A DNA stretch of 64,000 nt from Trueperaceae bacterium (GCA_965213705.1 OZ243913.1:3808001-3872000), one strand, 5' to 3'; shown: positions 38,400 to 48,658, counted from the stretch's first letter. Made by a program: numbers and translations. The notes: generated by a model not told the origin, from the sequence alone.

Positions 38400-40463
38400 A
38401 TGGTAAAAGCAAGTCAGGTAAAGCGTAGCAAACGGGCTACCCTACTCAAACTAAGTTGTTTAGGCGTGCTGCTCGCCCTGTTTACGGCTTGCAGCAGTGG
38501 ACCGGCTCCGGTCATAGAAACAGAAGCTCAGAGTATTGTTCAAGACTTTTTGGTCAGCAAGTCGGCGAACCGTTCCGGCGCAACGGTGCTGGACAGCAGC
38601 GCCGTTGCGGGCAGAATTTACGTTTTTACAGCCCAAACCTCGGGTATAAATCAAGTCGAGTTTTATCTCGACGACGTAAAGCGCTCAGGTAAGGTTTATC
38701 AACTCGATTCGCAGAGCCCCTACGACCTTCGCAGCGGCAGCACCAGCAGCGCCAACGCGCTCGACACCAGCAAACTGTCCGACGGTGTTCACACGGTCAC
38801 CGCTAGAATTCGTTACAAAAGTGGCAGCGAGAAAATCTCCACCGCCACCTTCTTGGTCGACAACGGCGGCAAACTGGGAAGCAACTTGCTGGTGAGCACC
38901 GCGGCCGACCGTAGTGGCTCAAAACTCTTGAACAACAGCAGCGTCAACGGCAAAATTCACGTTTTTGTCGTGCCCACCATGAGCGTCAAGCAGGTGAGCT
39001 TCTACCTCGACAACACGAGCCGCAGCGGCAACCCTACACAAAAAGAGCGCATCGCGTTTTACGATTTTGCGGGCACGGCCTCAGCGGGCGGTGCCAATTC
39101 GTTCGACACTTCCAAACTCAAAGACGGTCAGCACACTGTCACCGCCGCCATCCTCACCAGTTCGGGGCGGACGCAAGTTGTGAGCGCCACCTTTACGGTT
39201 GGAGCCAGCAACACTTCGGCACCTGCGCCTACCTCTCCTGCCGCCCCCAACGCACCTAAAGCAGCTACCGGAGTGTACGAACTTCGTGGCAACCCCAACT
39301 TTTCCGTGAACCAACTCAGCGCTGAACAGCGTAAGTGGTACGACACGCTTTGGAAGGTTATCAAAAACCCTGATCAATTTCCTAATTCGACAATTATAGC
39401 CAAATCAGGTAACAGCTACTGGTACCGCGGTGATTTACAAGACTACGTCATCAGCCTTCTGCTCGCTTTCCGCATGACGGGTGACCTGCGCCTGATCGAC
39501 GAGGTTGACCGTGTCGCTGAACTCATGCGTGGAAAGCTTGCCGACGGCTGGTACGGAACCTTAGATGGTAAAGACGGCACAAAAGATGGCTTTTTAAACT
39601 GGCTCGACCACTACGACACCTCAACAGCGTTCAGAGGCAAAGACACACAGATGGCTTATGACCTTAAAGCCAACGCGCTCGTAGCCGAAATAGCTTGGGC
39701 ACTGCAGAACAACCGTGATTTGAAAAGTCCGAGTGGTGTCGACTATGGTGCCCACGCCGATTTCTGGAAAGACTACCTTGTTAATCACTTCGAGGCAAAG
39801 TGGCGTAAACGCAACGCCAAACCTACCGGGTTTCCATTTCTGGAGCACTACACTTTCCATACCTACCATTCGTTTATGAAGTGGCATCACTACATGGGCA
39901 AGCTGACCGGCAACAGCGCTTACACCAAAGAGGCCGAACGTATGGCAACTAGATTGTGGGACCACGAATTCAAAGAAACACCTTCTAGTTACGGTACTGC
40001 CCTCGTCTGGACCAGAACTTTGACTTACAACACAGATACCAAGGCCGGTTATGGTTATCTCATGCCACAACACTACGCGCGGTACGTTGTTCAGGAAGCC
40101 ATTGACCTGCATTTTGAGGGGTTCAGTAAGTACGCCAGTGATAGCACAATGGAGAAGATTGCCCATAGTGTTGCTAGCTTTGTTATTGATGACAGTAGCT
40201 TTAGCTCCTTTGCTCGCGACATTGGTGGGGGTACATCTCGCGCTGGCCTTCCTGCCTCGAGCCCCACTGAGTGGAGCAGAATGAAGGGCTCTAGATTTGC
40301 CGAGAGTGCTTGGGCCTACCTGGCACCTTGGGACAACAGCGGAAAAATTAGCAAAGCAGCTATCGCAGCTTACAACGGTGTGGAGATGATAAAATACGGC
40401 AAAGATCCAAAAAGAGTATTCATACCTGCCAGTTCGTTCCTCAGCGAAATGTTGAAAAAATAA
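38400..40463 (+). CDS. Lipoprotein: two Ig-like repeats plus unknown ~400-aa helical domain (paralog 2)
   Basis: Lipobox FTAC; same architecture as paralog 1. Confidence 0.87.
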   Translation: MVKASQVKRSKRATLLKLSCLGVLLALFTACSSGPAPVIETEAQSIVQDFLVSKSANRSGATVLDSSAVAGRIYVFTAQTSGINQVEFYLDDVKRSGKVYQLDSQSPYDLRSGSTSSANALDTSKLSDGVHTVTARIRYKSGSEKISTATFLVDNGGKLGSNLLVSTAADRSGSKLLNNSSVNGKIHVFVVPTMSVKQVSFYLDNTSRSGNPTQKERIAFYDFAGTASAGGANSFDTSKLKDGQHTVTAAILTSSGRTQVVSATFTVGASNTSAPAPTSPAAPNAPKAATGVYELRGNPNFSVNQLSAEQRKWYDTLWKVIKNPDQFPNSTIIAKSGNSYWYRGDLQDYVISLLLAFRMTGDLRLIDEVDRVAELMRGKLADGWYGTLDGKDGTKDGFLNWLDHYDTSTAFRGKDTQMAYDLKANALVAEIAWALQNNRDLKSPSGVDYGAHADFWKDYLVNHFEAKWRKRNAKPTGFPFLEHYTFHTYHSFMKWHHYMGKLTGNSAYTKEAERMATRLWDHEFKETPSSYGTALVWTRTLTYNTDTKAGYGYLMPQHYARYVVQEAIDLHFEGFSKYASDSTMEKIAHSVASFVIDDSSFSSFARDIGGGTSRAGLPASSPTEWSRMKGSRFAESAWAYLAPWDNSGKISKAAIAAYNGVEMIKYGKDPKRVFIPASSFLSEMLKK

Positions 40464-40470
40464 GTGTTTG

Positions 40471-40508
40471 TGCCAAGGAGGCGGTTAAAGTCAACTTCCT
40501 CCTTGGCA
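40471..40508. terminator. Hairpin between convergent paralogs 2 and 3
   Basis: TGCCAAGGAGG...CCTCCTTGGCA, 11-bp arms. Confidence 0.65.
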
Positions 40509-40535
40509 TTTCACTGCAGGTTAAAACCTATAGTA

Positions 40536-41822
40536 TCAAGGTTTCTCCTCCAGCATTTTGGCTATTACCATTGCTGAAGGTATAAAAACCCTCCTGGGAT
40601 GAATTAAATCGTCTTCAACATCTTTGTAAACTTTCTCAGCTGCCTGTAAAAGCTTATCTGGACTTCTATCCCAGGGACTCAGAAACGACCAAGCGCTAAT
40701 TGCGAATCTGTCTTGGTCAATCCTGTTCCATTCTGAAGAACTGGAAGCTGAAAGCCCCCCTCGAGCCTTCCCGCCTCCGATATCTCTAGCAAACGAATTG
40801 AAGCTGCTAGTATCAATAACAAAATCCGCAACCGAATTTGCGAGCTTCTCTAGTGTCGAGTCTTTGGCATACTCTCCGAATTCTTCAAAATGCAGATCTA
40901 CGGCTTCCTGGATGACATAACGAGCGTAATGTTGCGGTATGAGGTAGTCAGCCCAAGTATCTCTATTATATGTTAACGCCCTAGGCCACACCAACGCCGC
41001 ACCATAGCTGGAAGGTGTTTCCTTAAAGTTTTTCCAAAGAACCTTAGCCATACGTTCAGCTTCTTTAGTGTAAGTGCTCTTGCCGGTCAGCTTGCCCATA
41101 TAATGGTGCCACTTCATAAACGAATGGTAAGTGTGGAAAGTAAAATGTTCGGCAAAAGGAAACCCCTTTTTCACACCATTGCGTTTGCGCCACTTTGCTT
41201 CAAAATCGTTGACAAGGTAGTCTTTCCAAAAATCAGCTTGTTCACCGTAGTTGTATCCGTTTGGACTCTGCAAATCTCGGTTGTTTTCAAAAGCCCATGC
41301 GAACAGAGCCACGTGGGCATTGGCTTTTAGGTCATAGGCCATCTGCGTATCTTTACCTCTGAACTTTTTGTCGTCATCGTAGAGGTTAACCCAGTTCAAG
41401 AAGCCATCTTTTTTGCCGTTCTTACCGTCACGCGTTCCGTGCCAAGCGTCTTTCAATTCTTTGCGCATAAGCTCGGATACACGACTGACTTCGTCTAACA
41501 AACGTAAATCCCCTGTAAGCCGAAAAACCGTCAGCAAACTGTTGTCGTAATCCTGCAAGTCACCCCGGTATAAATAAGAATCACCGGATTTTGCCAGTTT
41601 AGTCGCGTTCGGATACTGCTCGGGGTTTTCGATAGCCGCCCACAACCGGTCGTACCACTTGCGCTGTTCGTCAGTCAGGCTATCTTCTGAGAAGCCGGGG
41701 TCGCCCCGCATGGCGTACTGGGCGTCGTCGGGTTTGAAAGAGGCAGGCGTAGAAGCGGCGTTGGCCCCCTGGGGGAGGCTGCAAGCTAAGAAAACACACA
41801 TCATTCCGGGCAGTGAACTCAT
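40536..41822 (-). CDS. Stand-alone copy of the unknown helical domain (paralog 3); N-terminus uncertain
   Basis: Shares YRGDLQDY, AYDLKANA, FEAKWRKRN, TFHTYHSFMKWH, PQHYARYV and SFARDIGGG; FLACS near N-terminus. Confidence 0.8.
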   Translation of the reverse strand: MSSLPGMMCVFLACSLPQGANAASTPASFKPDDAQYAMRGDPGFSEDSLTDEQRKWYDRLWAAIENPEQYPNATKLAKSGDSYLYRGDLQDYDNSLLTVFRLTGDLRLLDEVSRVSELMRKELKDAWHGTRDGKNGKKDGFLNWVNLYDDDKKFRGKDTQMAYDLKANAHVALFAWAFENNRDLQSPNGYNYGEQADFWKDYLVNDFEAKWRKRNGVKKGFPFAEHFTFHTYHSFMKWHHYMGKLTGKSTYTKEAERMAKVLWKNFKETPSSYGAALVWPRALTYNRDTWADYLIPQHYARYVIQEAVDLHFEEFGEYAKDSTLEKLANSVADFVIDTSSFNSFARDIGGGKARGGLSASSSSEWNRIDQDRFAISAWSFLSPWDRSPDKLLQAAEKVYKDVEDDLIHPRRVFIPSAMVIAKMLEEKP

Positions 41823-41915
41823 GTTAGGCAGCTTAGCTTAAAGGCGGAGTTTTCCATGTGCCGACAACACAAAATGAAGAGCCCGTCACTTCACCGAGGT
41901 CTCACGCTGCGCAAA

Positions 41916-42998
41916 TCAGCCGCCCGGCGCATTGGGTAGAAAGAAAAAAGCCACGCCCAAAATCGCGTAAACGCCCAGCAGCATGAACCCTTCCAACCAG
42001 TTCGTCTCGCCGTCGCGCGCGACCGAGTTAGCTATCAGAACCGCGCCGATGAGGGCGATGAGTTCCAACGAGTTGTTCAGCACCAGGTCCATCGGTTTAC
42101 CTATCAAAAACGACACAATAACGAGAATCGGCGCGACGAGCAGGGCGACCTGCACGGTCGAGCCGAGCGCGATGGTGACAGCCAAGTCCATCTTGTTCTT
42201 CATCGCAAAAAAGACCGCGGCGGCGTGTTCGGCGGCGTTGCCGACGATGGGGATGATGATGAGGCCGACAAAAAACTCTGACAGACCGAAGGCTTCGATG
42301 AAACCTTCTAAAGAGCCCACCAAAAACTCTGACATAAAGCCGACCAGAACCGTTGCGCCGAGAAGCACGCCGAGCGCGAACAGTGGGCTCCAGGCGGCGG
42401 TGTGTTCCTCGCCATGCTCGTCGTCGGCGGTCGACAAGTAGTCTCTGTGGGTAAAAAGCGTAAAGACGATGTTGGCGACGTACAGCCCGATGAGGATGAA
42501 CGACACGCCGAGGGCCAAGCGGGCGTCGTCTACCCTAATTTCGCTCGCGGCGACCCCAAAGCTGCGCTCGGTAAAGTCGAACAGGGCGGGCACCAAAAAG
42601 GCGATGACCGAGATGATGAGCAGGCTTGCGGTCACTTGCGCGTTTTGGGCGTTGAAGCGCTGCTGCGGGTAGCGCAAACCGCCCAAAAAGATAGAGAGCC
42701 CAAGCACGAGCAGCAAGTTGCCGAGAATCGAACCCGTTATCGACGCTTTAACCACGTCGAACTTGCCCGCGTTCAGCGCGAAAAACGCGATGATGAGTTC
42801 GGTCGCGTTGCCGAAGGTCGCGTTCAAGAGCCCGCCGACGGTCGAGCCGGTGCGCACCGCCAACTCTTCGGTCGCGCGGCCCATCAGTCCGGCCAGCGGC
42901 AGAATCGCCAGCGCCGAAACCCCGAAAAGCCAGGTGTCGGCGACGTGGAGGGCCTCGAGCACGAACGCCACAGGCACGAAAACGAGCAGAAAATTCAT
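41916..42998 (-). CDS. chaA: Ca2+/H+ antiporter (CAX/ChaA family)
   Basis: GGLLNATFGNATE and PIVGNAAEH alpha repeats; leaderless TAGATT-N7-ATG. Confidence 0.9.
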   Translation of the reverse strand: MNFLLVFVPVAFVLEALHVADTWLFGVSALAILPLAGLMGRATEELAVRTGSTVGGLLNATFGNATELIIAFFALNAGKFDVVKASITGSILGNLLLVLGLSIFLGGLRYPQQRFNAQNAQVTASLLIISVIAFLVPALFDFTERSFGVAASEIRVDDARLALGVSFILIGLYVANIVFTLFTHRDYLSTADDEHGEEHTAAWSPLFALGVLLGATVLVGFMSEFLVGSLEGFIEAFGLSEFFVGLIIIPIVGNAAEHAAAVFFAMKNKMDLAVTIALGSTVQVALLVAPILVIVSFLIGKPMDLVLNNSLELIALIGAVLIANSVARDGETNWLEGFMLLGVYAILGVAFFFLPNAPGG

Positions 42999-43073
42999 AG
43001 CGTGCAATCTAACGAAAAAACCTTTAGCGAGGCACTTTTAGCGTAAGGCTTGCAAAAGGGGAAACGGCCGTCT

Positions 43074-44303
43074 TCAAGCCGAGACGGGCAGCTCGAGCCT
43101 GCTTTCAATACGCACATCGGCCTCCAAGGTGCGATGAACCGGGCAGCGGTTGGCGATTTCTAAAAGGCGGGCGCGCTGCTCGTCGTCCAAACTACCGTTA
43201 AGCGCAATCACCCGCTCGAAGCGGTCGAGCTTGCGCGCCTTGCCTGCGGCGTCACCCTGGCTGTCCTCGGCATGGACTTTTTGGTGCCGTACCTTGACCG
43301 TGACGGCCTCGAGGGGCCACTTTTTGCGGTCGGCGTACATGCGCAGCGTCATCGAGGTGCAAGCGCCCAGCGCGGCGGCCAAGTAGTCGTAGGGCGTCGG
43401 CCCGCTGTTGGTGCCACCGACCGACAGGGGTTCGTCCGCGACCAGCCTAAAGCCGTTCGCCAGCATCTCGGTTCTGAGGCCTTGCTCGGTCTGCACCACC
43501 ACGCGGTTGTCGCGCGCGTCATCGTACCAACTCGGCTCCGCCTTAGCCTCGACGTACTTCTGCGCCCAGGCGGAAATAATGTGGCCGGCGTAGCGCGAGT
43601 CCGCCTCGTTTGTCAAGAGGTGGTCGGCGCTGTCGAGCGAGACGTAACTTTTCGGGTGCCGCGCCGCTAGAAAAATCTTCCGCGCGTTGTCGACACCCAC
43701 CACGTTGTCGACCGGCGAGTGAAAGATGAGGAGCGGGCGACGCAAACTGTGAATTACGTCGTGCATGTGCGTTTCGTTCAGGTCGTCCAGAAATTGCTTT
43801 TTTACCTTGAAGGTGCGACCGGCTAGGGTCACTTCCGCCTTGCCCGCGCTCTCGACTTCTTCCCGGTTGGAGAGCAGCTTCGCCACACCCTCCGGCTCCG
43901 CAGGTGCGCCAATGGTCGCCACCGCCTTTACCGACGGCAAGTCACGCGCCGCCATCAGCACCGCCGCCCCGCCGAGCGAGTGCCCGACCAAGATTTGCGG
44001 CGGGCCATGCGTTTCTTCTAAATAAGCCGCCGCGTCGAGCAAGTCCGCGACGCTCGAGGAGAAGTTGGTGTCGGCAAAGTCGCCCGCGCTCTCGCCCAAA
44101 CCCGTAAAGTCGAAGCGGAGCACGGCGATTCCCTCTTGGGTCAGCGCGTGGCTGATGGTGTGGGCCGCTTTTGAGTCTTTCGAGGGGGTGAAACAGTGCG
44201 CGAACAGGGCAAAAGCGACGGGCTCGCAGTTGGCGGGCAGGTCGAGGCGAGCGGCTATTCTGTCGCCGTGGCGGTTTTGGAAGGTGAGCTTGTTCGACGG
44301 CAT
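43074..44303 (-). CDS. Bifunctional alpha/beta hydrolase-OsmC protein
   Basis: AHCFT, RFDFTGLG, GHSLGG, ADEP..GG...GP.P, LGACT, CPVH. Confidence 0.92.
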   Translation of the reverse strand: MPSNKLTFQNRHGDRIAARLDLPANCEPVAFALFAHCFTPSKDSKAAHTISHALTQEGIAVLRFDFTGLGESAGDFADTNFSSSVADLLDAAAYLEETHGPPQILVGHSLGGAAVLMAARDLPSVKAVATIGAPAEPEGVAKLLSNREEVESAGKAEVTLAGRTFKVKKQFLDDLNETHMHDVIHSLRRPLLIFHSPVDNVVGVDNARKIFLAARHPKSYVSLDSADHLLTNEADSRYAGHIISAWAQKYVEAKAEPSWYDDARDNRVVVQTEQGLRTEMLANGFRLVADEPLSVGGTNSGPTPYDYLAAALGACTSMTLRMYADRKKWPLEAVTVKVRHQKVHAEDSQGDAAGKARKLDRFERVIALNGSLDDEQRARLLEIANRCPVHRTLEADVRIESRLELPVSA

Positions 44304-44469
44304 GGAGTCTCCCTAGGGTCAAGCTTGGGATGAAGCTTAGGATGTCTGCGGCAACAGTGTTTGTAGCAGGTTTGACGCAATAGCCCAAAAAGACAGAGGC
44401 ACCAAACGGTTTACCCTTTGCCCAAATTCCTCTGCCTCAGCCAAAACTTTGCAGTGAGCTTGCCAAATT

Positions 44470-45624
44470 TCAGTCCAGCAACGTCTTAATCCGCTCCAAA
44501 GCTTTGTGGATGTTCTCGAGACTCGTCGCGTAGCTCATCCGCACCTGGCCCGGCGCTTCGAAGTCGGTGCCGGGCACCACGCCGACGTGGGCTTGCTCGA
44601 GCAGCCGCGTCGCCGCTTTCACCTCGTCCTCGTCAATGGGTGTGGTGTCGGTCATCACGTAAAACGCGCCCTTAGGTTTGGGGGTTTTCAGGCCCAGTTT
44701 GTTCAGCCCTTCGACCAGCACGTCGCGCCGCTCGACGTAGGCCCGTTTGGTCATGTCGACGAAAGCTTGGGTTTTCTCGACCTCGTTCAGCGCCGCCACG
44801 GTCGCGTGCTGCGCCACGGCGTTCGTCCCGCTCGTGACCTGGCCCTGCAGGCGGTTCATCGCTTTGATGAGGTCCAAGGGTCCCGCCCCGTAGCCGATGC
44901 GCCAACCCGTCAGCGCGTAGGCCTTGCTCGCGCCGTGAATAATGAGCGTCTTGTCCTGGGCGTACTGCGCCGCCGCGGTGAATTCGCCCTCGTAGACAAG
45001 GTGTTCGTAAAGGTCGTCGCTGAACAGCCAGATGTCGCGCTCGGCGGCGATGTCGGCGATGCCTTGGACGACCTCGCGCGGGTAGACCGCACCGGTCGGG
45101 TTGCAGGGGGAATTGATGAGGATAATCCGCGTTTTGTCGGTGACGGCGGCGCGCACGGCTTCGACGCTCGGCACGAAGCCGTCTTCGGGCCGGGTCATGA
45201 CCGGCACCGTGACGCCGCCCGCGAGTTGCACCTGCGCCGGGTACGAGACCCAATAGGGCGCGGGGATGACGACTTCGTCGCCAGGGTTTAAGACCGACAT
45301 AAAGGCGTTGTAGAGGACCTGCTTGCCGCCGGTCGAAACGCTGATTTGGGCGGGGGAATACTCGAGCCCGTTCTCCCGCGCGAACTTCGCGGCAACCGCC
45401 TCGCGCAGTTCTAAAGTTCCTTCCGCCGGGGTGTACTTCGTCATGCCCTTGTTAATGGCCTCGTGCGCCGCTTCTAAAACGTGCTCGGGCGGCTGAAAGT
45501 CCGGCTCGCCCGCCGTCATCGCCACCACGTCGACGCCGGTGCGCGCCAAGTCTTTGGCTTTGGTGTTGAAGGCGACGGTCGCCGACGCTTTTAGGGCTTG
45601 GATGGCGGTGGACAACTGGGGCAT
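44470..45624 (-). CDS. aspC: Aspartate aminotransferase (class I/II PLP)
   Basis: GEPDF, PYWVSY, NSPCNPTG, SKAYALTGWRIG. Confidence 0.88.
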   Translation of the reverse strand: MPQLSTAIQALKASATVAFNTKAKDLARTGVDVVAMTAGEPDFQPPEHVLEAAHEAINKGMTKYTPAEGTLELREAVAAKFARENGLEYSPAQISVSTGGKQVLYNAFMSVLNPGDEVVIPAPYWVSYPAQVQLAGGVTVPVMTRPEDGFVPSVEAVRAAVTDKTRIILINSPCNPTGAVYPREVVQGIADIAAERDIWLFSDDLYEHLVYEGEFTAAAQYAQDKTLIIHGASKAYALTGWRIGYGAGPLDLIKAMNRLQGQVTSGTNAVAQHATVAALNEVEKTQAFVDMTKRAYVERRDVLVEGLNKLGLKTPKPKGAFYVMTDTTPIDEDEVKAATRLLEQAHVGVVPGTDFEAPGQVRMSYATSLENIHKALERIKTLLD

Positions 45625-45653
45625 GGCGAACCTCTCGAGGGGAAAAGTAAAGG

Positions 45654-45674
45654 ACCGAGGACCGAGCGAAAAGT
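45654..45674 (+). repeat. Dispersed heptamer-built repeat, copy B
   Basis: ACCGAGG ACCGAGC GAAAAGT followed by AGAAAGT GGAAAGA. Confidence 0.75.
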
Positions 45675-45759
45675 AGAAAGTGGAAAGAACGAAGCCAGAG
45701 GTACTCCTCGATGCCGACTTTCTACTTCTTAGTGTTTCCTGCTCGCATCCTACCGCCTT

Positions 45760-46050
45760 TTACGCTGCCTGACCAGCCCGACCGAGGAACGTCCCCATCC
45801 CGCCCAGCATCACCAAAAAACCGAGGGTCAAAAAGGGGACCGTGTTCGCCAGCGGGTGAGCGAGCGAAGTTTAAGGCGGCGGCACGAACAGCACGCCGCG
45901 CAACCTCTCCAAACTGCGCGGGCGGATACCGAGCGCGGTCAAGCGCTGCCCCAAAAACAGCGTGTCGAACAGCTCTAGCGCCCACAGCAAAGCGGTCACC
46001 GCGAGCACAACGCCGTCGTGTCGCAAAAGGCTCGAGGCACGCGCGCTCAT
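45760..46050 (-). pseudogene. Rhomboid intramembrane protease remnant
   Basis: LWALE..D...GIRPR...LRGVLF.P, in-frame TAA at 45871-45873, then AHPLANTVPFLTLGFLVML, then truncation. Confidence 0.7.
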
Positions 46051-46415
46051 GGCGGAGTATGGCACGCTTTCAAACTTTGCACTTTTGCCCAAAGTCGGGC
46101 GGTCTTTTTAAGAAGCGGCTTTGGGTGGGTGTGTCTTTTTTACGGATACCTTGTGCGATTGCGTACCCCCACTAGCGGTAGAATGGGCCAAGATACACTG
46201 AGACCGACAGGTGTCCAACGACGTTAAACGCAGCCTGACGCCGCGCGAAACCGCTTCTTTGTTTAAACGAGATGAAAAGAAGGTCAACGGTGAAAAACAA
46301 AAAACGTAACCAAAAACCTGTCACTCCAGCTTTCAAGCGGTAGACTGGACGTTATGAGGTACTTTCCCAGCATCCCGCAAGCTCGCCACGCAGGTTTCCT
46401 CCGGGAAGGGGCACC

Positions 46416-48620
46416 GTGAATAGGTACGACGACCGCGCAAGACTGGTTTTTCACTTCGCACGCGAAGAGGGTTCGAAGCTCGGCCACGCGATGATCGGCC
46501 CCGAGCACTTGTTGCTCGGGCTTATGCGCGAGGGCGGCACCGCCAGCAAAGTGCTGGGCGAGTTCGGCGCGACCCTAGAGGGTTTCCGTCGTCAAGTCGA
46601 AGAGATGGTAGGCCGCGGCGACGGTCTGCCACGTAACGAAACCGCTGCGATTACCCCGCGCGCACGACGAGTCATGGAACTCGCCGGCAGCGAGGCGCGC
46701 AGCCTGGGCAGCAACGTCATCGCGACCGAGCACATTTTGCTCGGCATCATCCGCGAGGGCGACGGCGTCGCTTACCGCATCTTGCAGCAACTTACCCGCG
46801 ACGTGGACACGGTGCGCTGGCGCATCTTGGCCGCCGCCGACCCCAAGGCGCAGAGCGAGGCGGTCAACACGCCCTTTTTGGACGAGTACGCGCGCGACCT
46901 CACCAAAGAGGCCCGTGACGGCAAGCTCGACCCGGTTATCGGGCGCACCGAAGAAATCCGGCGCGTCATCCAAATCCTGTCGCGCCGCACCAAGAACAAC
47001 CCCGTGCTTATCGGCGACCCCGGCGTGGGCAAAACGGCCATCGTCGAAGGTCTCGCGCAAGCCATCATCGAGGGCCGCGTGCCGCCGAACCTCTTAAGCG
47101 TGCGGGTGCTCTCCATTGACCTTTCCAACGTGGTCGCCGGGACGAAGTACCGCGGCGAGTTCGAGGAGCGCCTGCGCCAGATTATCGAAGAGTTGCGCAG
47201 CGCCAAAGTCGTCGCCTTTATCGACGAACTCCACACCCTCGTCGGCGCGGGCGGCGCGGAAGGCACGCTCGACGCGGCTAACATCTTGAAACCTCCCTTG
47301 AGCCGCGGCGAGGTGCAAGTCATCGGCGCGACGACGACGGGCGAGTATCACCGCTACATCGAAAAAGACGCTGCACTTGAGCGCCGCTTCCAGCCCGTGA
47401 TTGTGCTCGAGCCCTCGCCCGAAGAAGCCCTGGAAATCCTCCACGGTTTGCGCGAGCGCTACGAAACGCACCACGGCGTCGTCATCCCCGACCAGATCTT
47501 GGAACTCTCGGTGCGTTTCGGCGAACGCAGCTTGCCGGGCCGCAACTTTCCCGACAAGGCCATCGACCTCATCGACGAGGCTTCGTCGCGCACCCGGCTC
47601 AACAAGTCGCTCGGCTTTCCGGTGTTGGAAGAAGAAGACGGCACCCCGATAGTCAGCCGCGAGGACTTGGAAGCCGTTATCAACTCTTGGGGCGGCATTT
47701 ATATCGATGACCAGGACGACGAAAAGCTCGCCAACTTGGAGAGCAACCTCAAGATGCGTGTGGTCGGCCAAGACCGGGCGATTCACGCGCTCGGCGCGGC
47801 GTTGCGCCGGGCGCGGGTCGGCTTGGGCGGGCGCACGCGCGTGTCAGCCTCGTTCTTGTTTGTGGGGCCGTCGGGCAGCGGCAAGACCTTCTTAGCGAAG
47901 CAACTCGCGGTCGAACTGTTCGGCAGCGAGCGTGCCCTGGTGCGCTTAGACATGTCCGAGTACCAAGAAGCCCACTCGACCTCGAAACTTATCGGGGCAC
48001 CTCCGGGCTACGTCGGGCACGAACAGGGCGGCCGTTTAACCGAAGCGGTGCGCCGTCAACCCTTTACCGTGGTGCTTTTGGACGAAATCGAAAAAGCGCA
48101 CCCCGACATCTACAACACGTTTTTGCAAGTGCTCGACGACGGGCGCTTGACCGACGGCTTGGGCCGCACCGTGGACTTCCGGCGCACCATCATCATCATG
48201 ACGAGCAACACCGGCTTCAACATCGGGCCGTCGGTCGGTTTTCAGAAAGTCATTCAAGACATTCAACAGCCCCTGAAGGGCCTGTTCAGCCCAGAGTTTT
48301 TGGACCGCCTCGACGAGGTGATTCCCTTTGCGGCGCACGACGAGCGGGGCATCTTGCACATCGTCAACTTCATGCTGGACGACATCCGCGACGAACTCGC
48401 CAGCCGCGACGTGCTGGTGACGTTCAGCGAAGAGGTCGCGCCCTTTTTGTTCGCTCAGGTACCCGAAGGCGACAGCGCCCGCCCGCTGCGCACCGTGATG
48501 CGCGAGCACATCGAAGACCCGTTGTCGGTCAAACTGCTCAGCCGCGACAACGACGAGCCTATCCTCGTCACCGTGGAGAACGACCGCGTCGTGTTCGCCG
48601 ACCCGGTGCCGATGGTTTAG
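46416..48620 (+). CDS. clpC: ATP-dependent Clp protease ATP-binding subunit (ClpC/ClpA-like, no M-domain)
   Basis: Clp N repeats, [32 protein letters not shown]. Confidence 0.88.
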   Translation: MNRYDDRARLVFHFAREEGSKLGHAMIGPEHLLLGLMREGGTASKVLGEFGATLEGFRRQVEEMVGRGDGLPRNETAAITPRARRVMELAGSEARSLGSNVIATEHILLGIIREGDGVAYRILQQLTRDVDTVRWRILAAADPKAQSEAVNTPFLDEYARDLTKEARDGKLDPVIGRTEEIRRVIQILSRRTKNNPVLIGDPGVGKTAIVEGLAQAIIEGRVPPNLLSVRVLSIDLSNVVAGTKYRGEFEERLRQIIEELRSAKVVAFIDELHTLVGAGGAEGTLDAANILKPPLSRGEVQVIGATTTGEYHRYIEKDAALERRFQPVIVLEPSPEEALEILHGLRERYETHHGVVIPDQILELSVRFGERSLPGRNFPDKAIDLIDEASSRTRLNKSLGFPVLEEEDGTPIVSREDLEAVINSWGGIYIDDQDDEKLANLESNLKMRVVGQDRAIHALGAALRRARVGLGGRTRVSASFLFVGPSGSGKTFLAKQLAVELFGSERALVRLDMSEYQEAHSTSKLIGAPPGYVGHEQGGRLTEAVRRQPFTVVLLDEIEKAHPDIYNTFLQVLDDGRLTDGLGRTVDFRRTIIIMTSNTGFNIGPSVGFQKVIQDIQQPLKGLFSPEFLDRLDEVIPFAAHDERGILHIVNFMLDDIRDELASRDVLVTFSEEVAPFLFAQVPEGDSARPLRTVMREHIEDPLSVKLLSRDNDEPILVTVENDRVVFADPVPMV

Positions 48621-48658
48621 CGGCAGCCCAGCCTCGAGTCGGAAAAACGTAAATTCTT

